A stretch of 63,885 nucleotides of DNA, the filler included, from Fonticula-like sp. SCN 57-25 (Eukaryota), in NCBI GenBank assembly GCA_001724245.1. It is 3 parts of 3 records of this genome, joined end to end, with 100 filler letters (N's around TTAATTAATTAA, not from the genome) between each part and the next. Parts side by side here need not be neighbours in the genome. Positions count along the whole stretch, not along the records: positions 50,304 to 63,885 come from MEDX01000172.1; 2 more parts are not named here. The stretch is one strand, 5' to 3'. Shown here one piece after another: positions 60,269-63,885 of this stretch (its first letter is position 1; the number at the start of each line of letters is the position of its first letter). The position numbers and the translations under genes were made by a program. Under the pieces are notes generated by a model. The model ran no database searches, was not told the DNA's origin, and saw nothing but the letters and a program-made list of their open reading frames with translations.

Positions 60269-62283
60269 ATGCCTCCGCCGATGCACCCGTTCTCCGTGGG
60301 AGGCGGCAACGCCTATGGCGGGCCGCAGTCCTTCGAGTCAGAGTTTAATGGAAAGAGACCGCGGGCGGCGGTTCAGCGCAAGGCGCTCGACTATAATAAT
60401 TTTGTCATGCGGCATCTACATCTCCGAACCTTTTACAACCGCGAGCGCGATCTCCCCGCCATGCAGAGCACGAGCGACTACTGGCTTGACATGGGCGCGC
60501 CATCTTCTCTCCGGTCGGCCGCCTCGAGCGTAACAACGTCATTTCTCCATACGTCAATCAACAAGGAGCGGTATCCCGTCAATTGTGTCCTGGTACGCCG
60601 ATGACCTTGATGCCTCACACACCGACGCTCACACTCGCCCAGTTTGCGCCGGACGGCCGCCGTGTGATCACGGGCCTTCACAGCGGAGAGTTTACATTGT
60701 GGAACGCGCTGACATTTAATTTTGAAATGATCATGTTGGCGCACGAAAAGCAGCCCGTGCGAGCGATGACGTACAGCCCGTACGACGACTGGCTTGTGTC
60801 GGGCGACGACAGCGGGTCGATCAAGTACTGGCTGCCAAACCTCGCTAACGTAAAAGACTTGCCGGCGCATCCAAACTATTCTATTCGTGGGCTATCGTAC
60901 GCTGCGCATTTGATACATTGCTTTATACTAACTTTTGTTTTCAGTTTCGCGCCGACATCGTCCAAGCTGGTCAGCTGCGCCGACGACAATCTCTTGAAAG
61001 TGTGGAACTTTGCGAGCGCCGCCGAGGAACTGACACTAAAAGGTGCGCATTTTTAACATATTGACCTCCTTTATTGACTGAGCGCGCGCAGGGCACGGTG
61101 CCGAGGTCCGCTCGGTCGACTGGCACCCCACTAAGGGCCTCATCGCGTCCGGCAGCCGCGACAACCTCGTCAAGCTGTGGGACCCGCGCTCTGGCCGCAA
61201 TCTCTCTACTCTGTACGCATATTTATTACGTTTTCCCCCCTTATCGCTGACATTCAACGCAGTCACTACCATAAGAATGCTGTCCTGGGCTGCTCGTGGA
61301 ACAAGAACGGCAACTGGCTGGCGACGTGCTCGCGCGACTCGCAGGTCATTGTCATGGACATTCGGCGCATGGAGCCGCTGCAGGTGTGCATGGGCCACAA
61401 GAACGAAGTCAGCTGTGCGTGCGCTGTGTTGGCTGTACAACGCTGACAATTCTTTCGCAGCGCTGGCGTGGCACCCGCAGCACGAGACGCTGCTCACGTC
61501 GGGCGGGTCGGACGGCTCGCTCATTCAGTGGATCGTCGGCGTCCAGAACGAGGTCGGGTCCGTCGAGACGGCGCACGAGTCGAATATCTGGGGGCTCGCG
61601 TGGCACCCGGTCGGCCACATGCTTGTGTACGCATGGGTATAGGGTTCTGAGCTTTTGGTGTCTTGTGTGTTACTGCCATTTCTAGTGGCTTTTCATCCAC
61701 TTTTGCGTCTCTTCTCATGTGTCATTCTCCCTCATTTCGTTTCTTTTTCTCGTTCTAAATTTGGGACAGGTCGGGGTCAAATGACCGCACGATAAAGTAC
61801 TGGGGCCGCAACCCGCCCGGCGACACAATGCAGGATCGCTACAGCCTCGGCTCGCGCTACGTGGGCGCAGCCGACGCGCCTCTTGTCTCCGACGAGCGTA
61901 CGACCCCCCTCTCTTTTGCTGCCGCGGCTCACTATGTACCGCAGCCGAGGAAAGGCCCACCGGACGCGGGCAGGTTATCCCGGGTATGGGATCGCACAGC
62001 TCGATCCCGCGCGACATGGCGCCCAGCTCACCAGGGCCCATTCGCGTACGTCTTTATCAAACAACTGCCACAAAACACTCACTTTTGCTCTTCTTTTACT
62101 TTCTCTTTCGATTACCAGCACGATGGCGGCGGCATGGCGGGTGCAGGGGCGCCGTACGCGCAACGTGGGAGGGGCGGCGGACGCGGTGGTATGCGTGGCG
62201 GGCGCGGCGGTGGGCGCGGCGGCTACCACGGCGGTAACCAGTCGTACCAGGCGGGCTTCCAGGGGCCACCGCAGCAGTACTAG
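60269..62283 (+). CDS. WDR33: WDR33/Pfs2 polyadenylation factor
   Basis: [60 protein letters not shown]. Confidence 0.92.
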
Positions 62284-62467
62284 GGCGATGGCGGCGGGGG
62301 CTTCCCGCGCCTGGGCCACCACCGATGACTTGTATAATCAGATGCTCAATCATGTAAATAAAGGAACGGGGTGTACACCCCCGAATCTCTTTTGATCTAG
62401 AGAGGATAAAAGGGGGGCTCCACCCTGAAACGTATCATCTGACAACACGACACGCACGCGCATCACC

Positions 62468-63857
62468 ATGGCAGGCGAAGATGATCATGAGGTCCCGGAG
62501 GGAACGCCGCAGTATTCGGAGAAAGAGGCGGCCGAGTCGGCCTCGCTCGTGAAGTCGCTCATTGGATCCAAGGATGTCGACTTGTTGTACGCACGCGATT
62601 CTGTGCAGTCAACGGCATCTAACCCACCACGCAGCAAGTTTCAGGTTCCCGTGGGCATGCATGAGGGCGACTCTGCGCTCGAGCGCGGCATGGCCATCAG
62701 CGAGCCCGAGTATTTTGTCAAGATCCCCGACGGTGCCACGGCTGAGGAGCGCATGGTTAACGTCGTCGCGTTCGCCATTTCGTCCTACGGAACATACCTC
62801 GTGCGCCCTTTTACAGCATGTCCCATGCGTCGCTAACATGCTCGATCGCAGCGCGCGCTCAAGAAGCCGTTCAACTCGCTCACCTTTGAGCAGTTCATTG
62901 GCCATTGGACGAGCGGCGAGCACCGCATTGACGTTGTTAACGAGCAGGTGAGCCACCACCCGCCGGGCAGCGCGTTCCACTACGAGTGCGAGTCGCGCAA
63001 GATCAAGATGTTTGGAACCATGATCGCCGGCAAGCCCAAGTTCACCGGCATCGCCGTCAGGGCGCCGCTCGAGGGCGACCGCCAGCTCGTGCTCGAGGAG
63101 TTTGGCGAAACGTACGTCGAACGCGTGGGATCACTGGATCGCATACGTCATCCTCTGTGGGATCCTTTGGGATATTTTGTGTGGGATATTTGGCATACTT
63201 GTGACATATTGGGCGTATTTGGTTGAACTTTAGTTCTAATAAGTGAGCCTTTTTAGATATACTTTCCACTCGCCCGCTGTTGTCATTCGCGGCATCCTCA
63301 TTGGCCGCCCCTTCATTGACTTTAACGGCACGATGACGATTGAGTGCGAGGCGACCAAGATGTCCGTCTCGGTCGAATTCAAGGAGAAGCCGTGGCTTCG
63401 CGGCGAGTACGGCCGCCTGAGCGGCACGATCAAGCAGGGCGGCAAGGACATTTTCAAGGTCTCTGGCAATCTCCGCCGCACGGTCGAGGTGACGGATCTG
63501 CGCCGCGAAAAGGACGCCGATGCGACGCGCACCATCTTTACGCGCGACATGACCAAGCACACGCCGCCGACGGTGGCGCCGATTGAGGAGCAGCACTCGC
63601 TCGAGTCGCAGCGCGTGTGGAGCGAGGTGCGCAAGGGCCTCAAGGAGCACAACAACAAGGCCGCCAGCGAGGCCAAGCACCAGATCGAGGAGAAGCAGCG
63701 CGTGTACTACAAGGAGGTGGAGTCGGGCAAGCGCATCTTTGAGCCCGTCTGCTTTGCGCACGACGAGACAAAGACAACGTTCAGGATCAGGCCCGACTGG
63801 AAGACGAGGGTCAAGGAGCCCATGTGGATCGACATCATCACGCTCCCCGCGCACTAG
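62468..63857 (+). CDS. Short oxysterol-binding protein (Osh4/Kes1-type ORD only)
   Basis: KKPFN, EQVSHHPP, ESQRVWSEV, AKHQIEEKQR. Confidence 0.92.
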
Positions 63858-63885
63858 ACGTTTACATTGAAAATTATACACTATA

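Overview
Gene-dense, GC-rich eukaryotic nuclear DNA with many short spliceosomal introns (donors mostly GTRCG, CTRAC branch points). It most resembles a unicellular opisthokont-like protist; the species cannot be determined from the window. Two N-gaps carrying a TTAATTAATTAA linker (25423-25522, 50204-50303) split it into three blocks whose adjacency is probably artificial. It holds about 34 protein genes, mostly housekeeping (acyltransferase, SNAP-25-like SNARE, AVL9, myosin I, DTW, SNM1/Apollo, TRAX, ABCG, cyclin L, penta-EF-hand, EF-Ts, mS34, mS33, ATAD3, NOC3, RPC11, WDR33, OSBP), one tRNA-Phe and a MULE transposase relic. Most notable: (1) a tandem array of at least 3 diverging barrier-to-autointegration-factor (BAF)-like genes with TATA/CCAAT promoters; (2) an intron-containing IucA/IucC siderophore synthetase; (3) a YbaK/ProX-like domain apparently fused to a DTW enzyme; (4) a LEDGF-like PWWP/AT-hook/TFIIS-N protein; (5) a double-WD40/coiled-coil/SAM protein beside the transposon relic; (6) a recurring AGTTTGC promoter motif. 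All family calls come from motifs recognised by eye, not database searches. Coordinates of spliced genes span start to stop, including introns.
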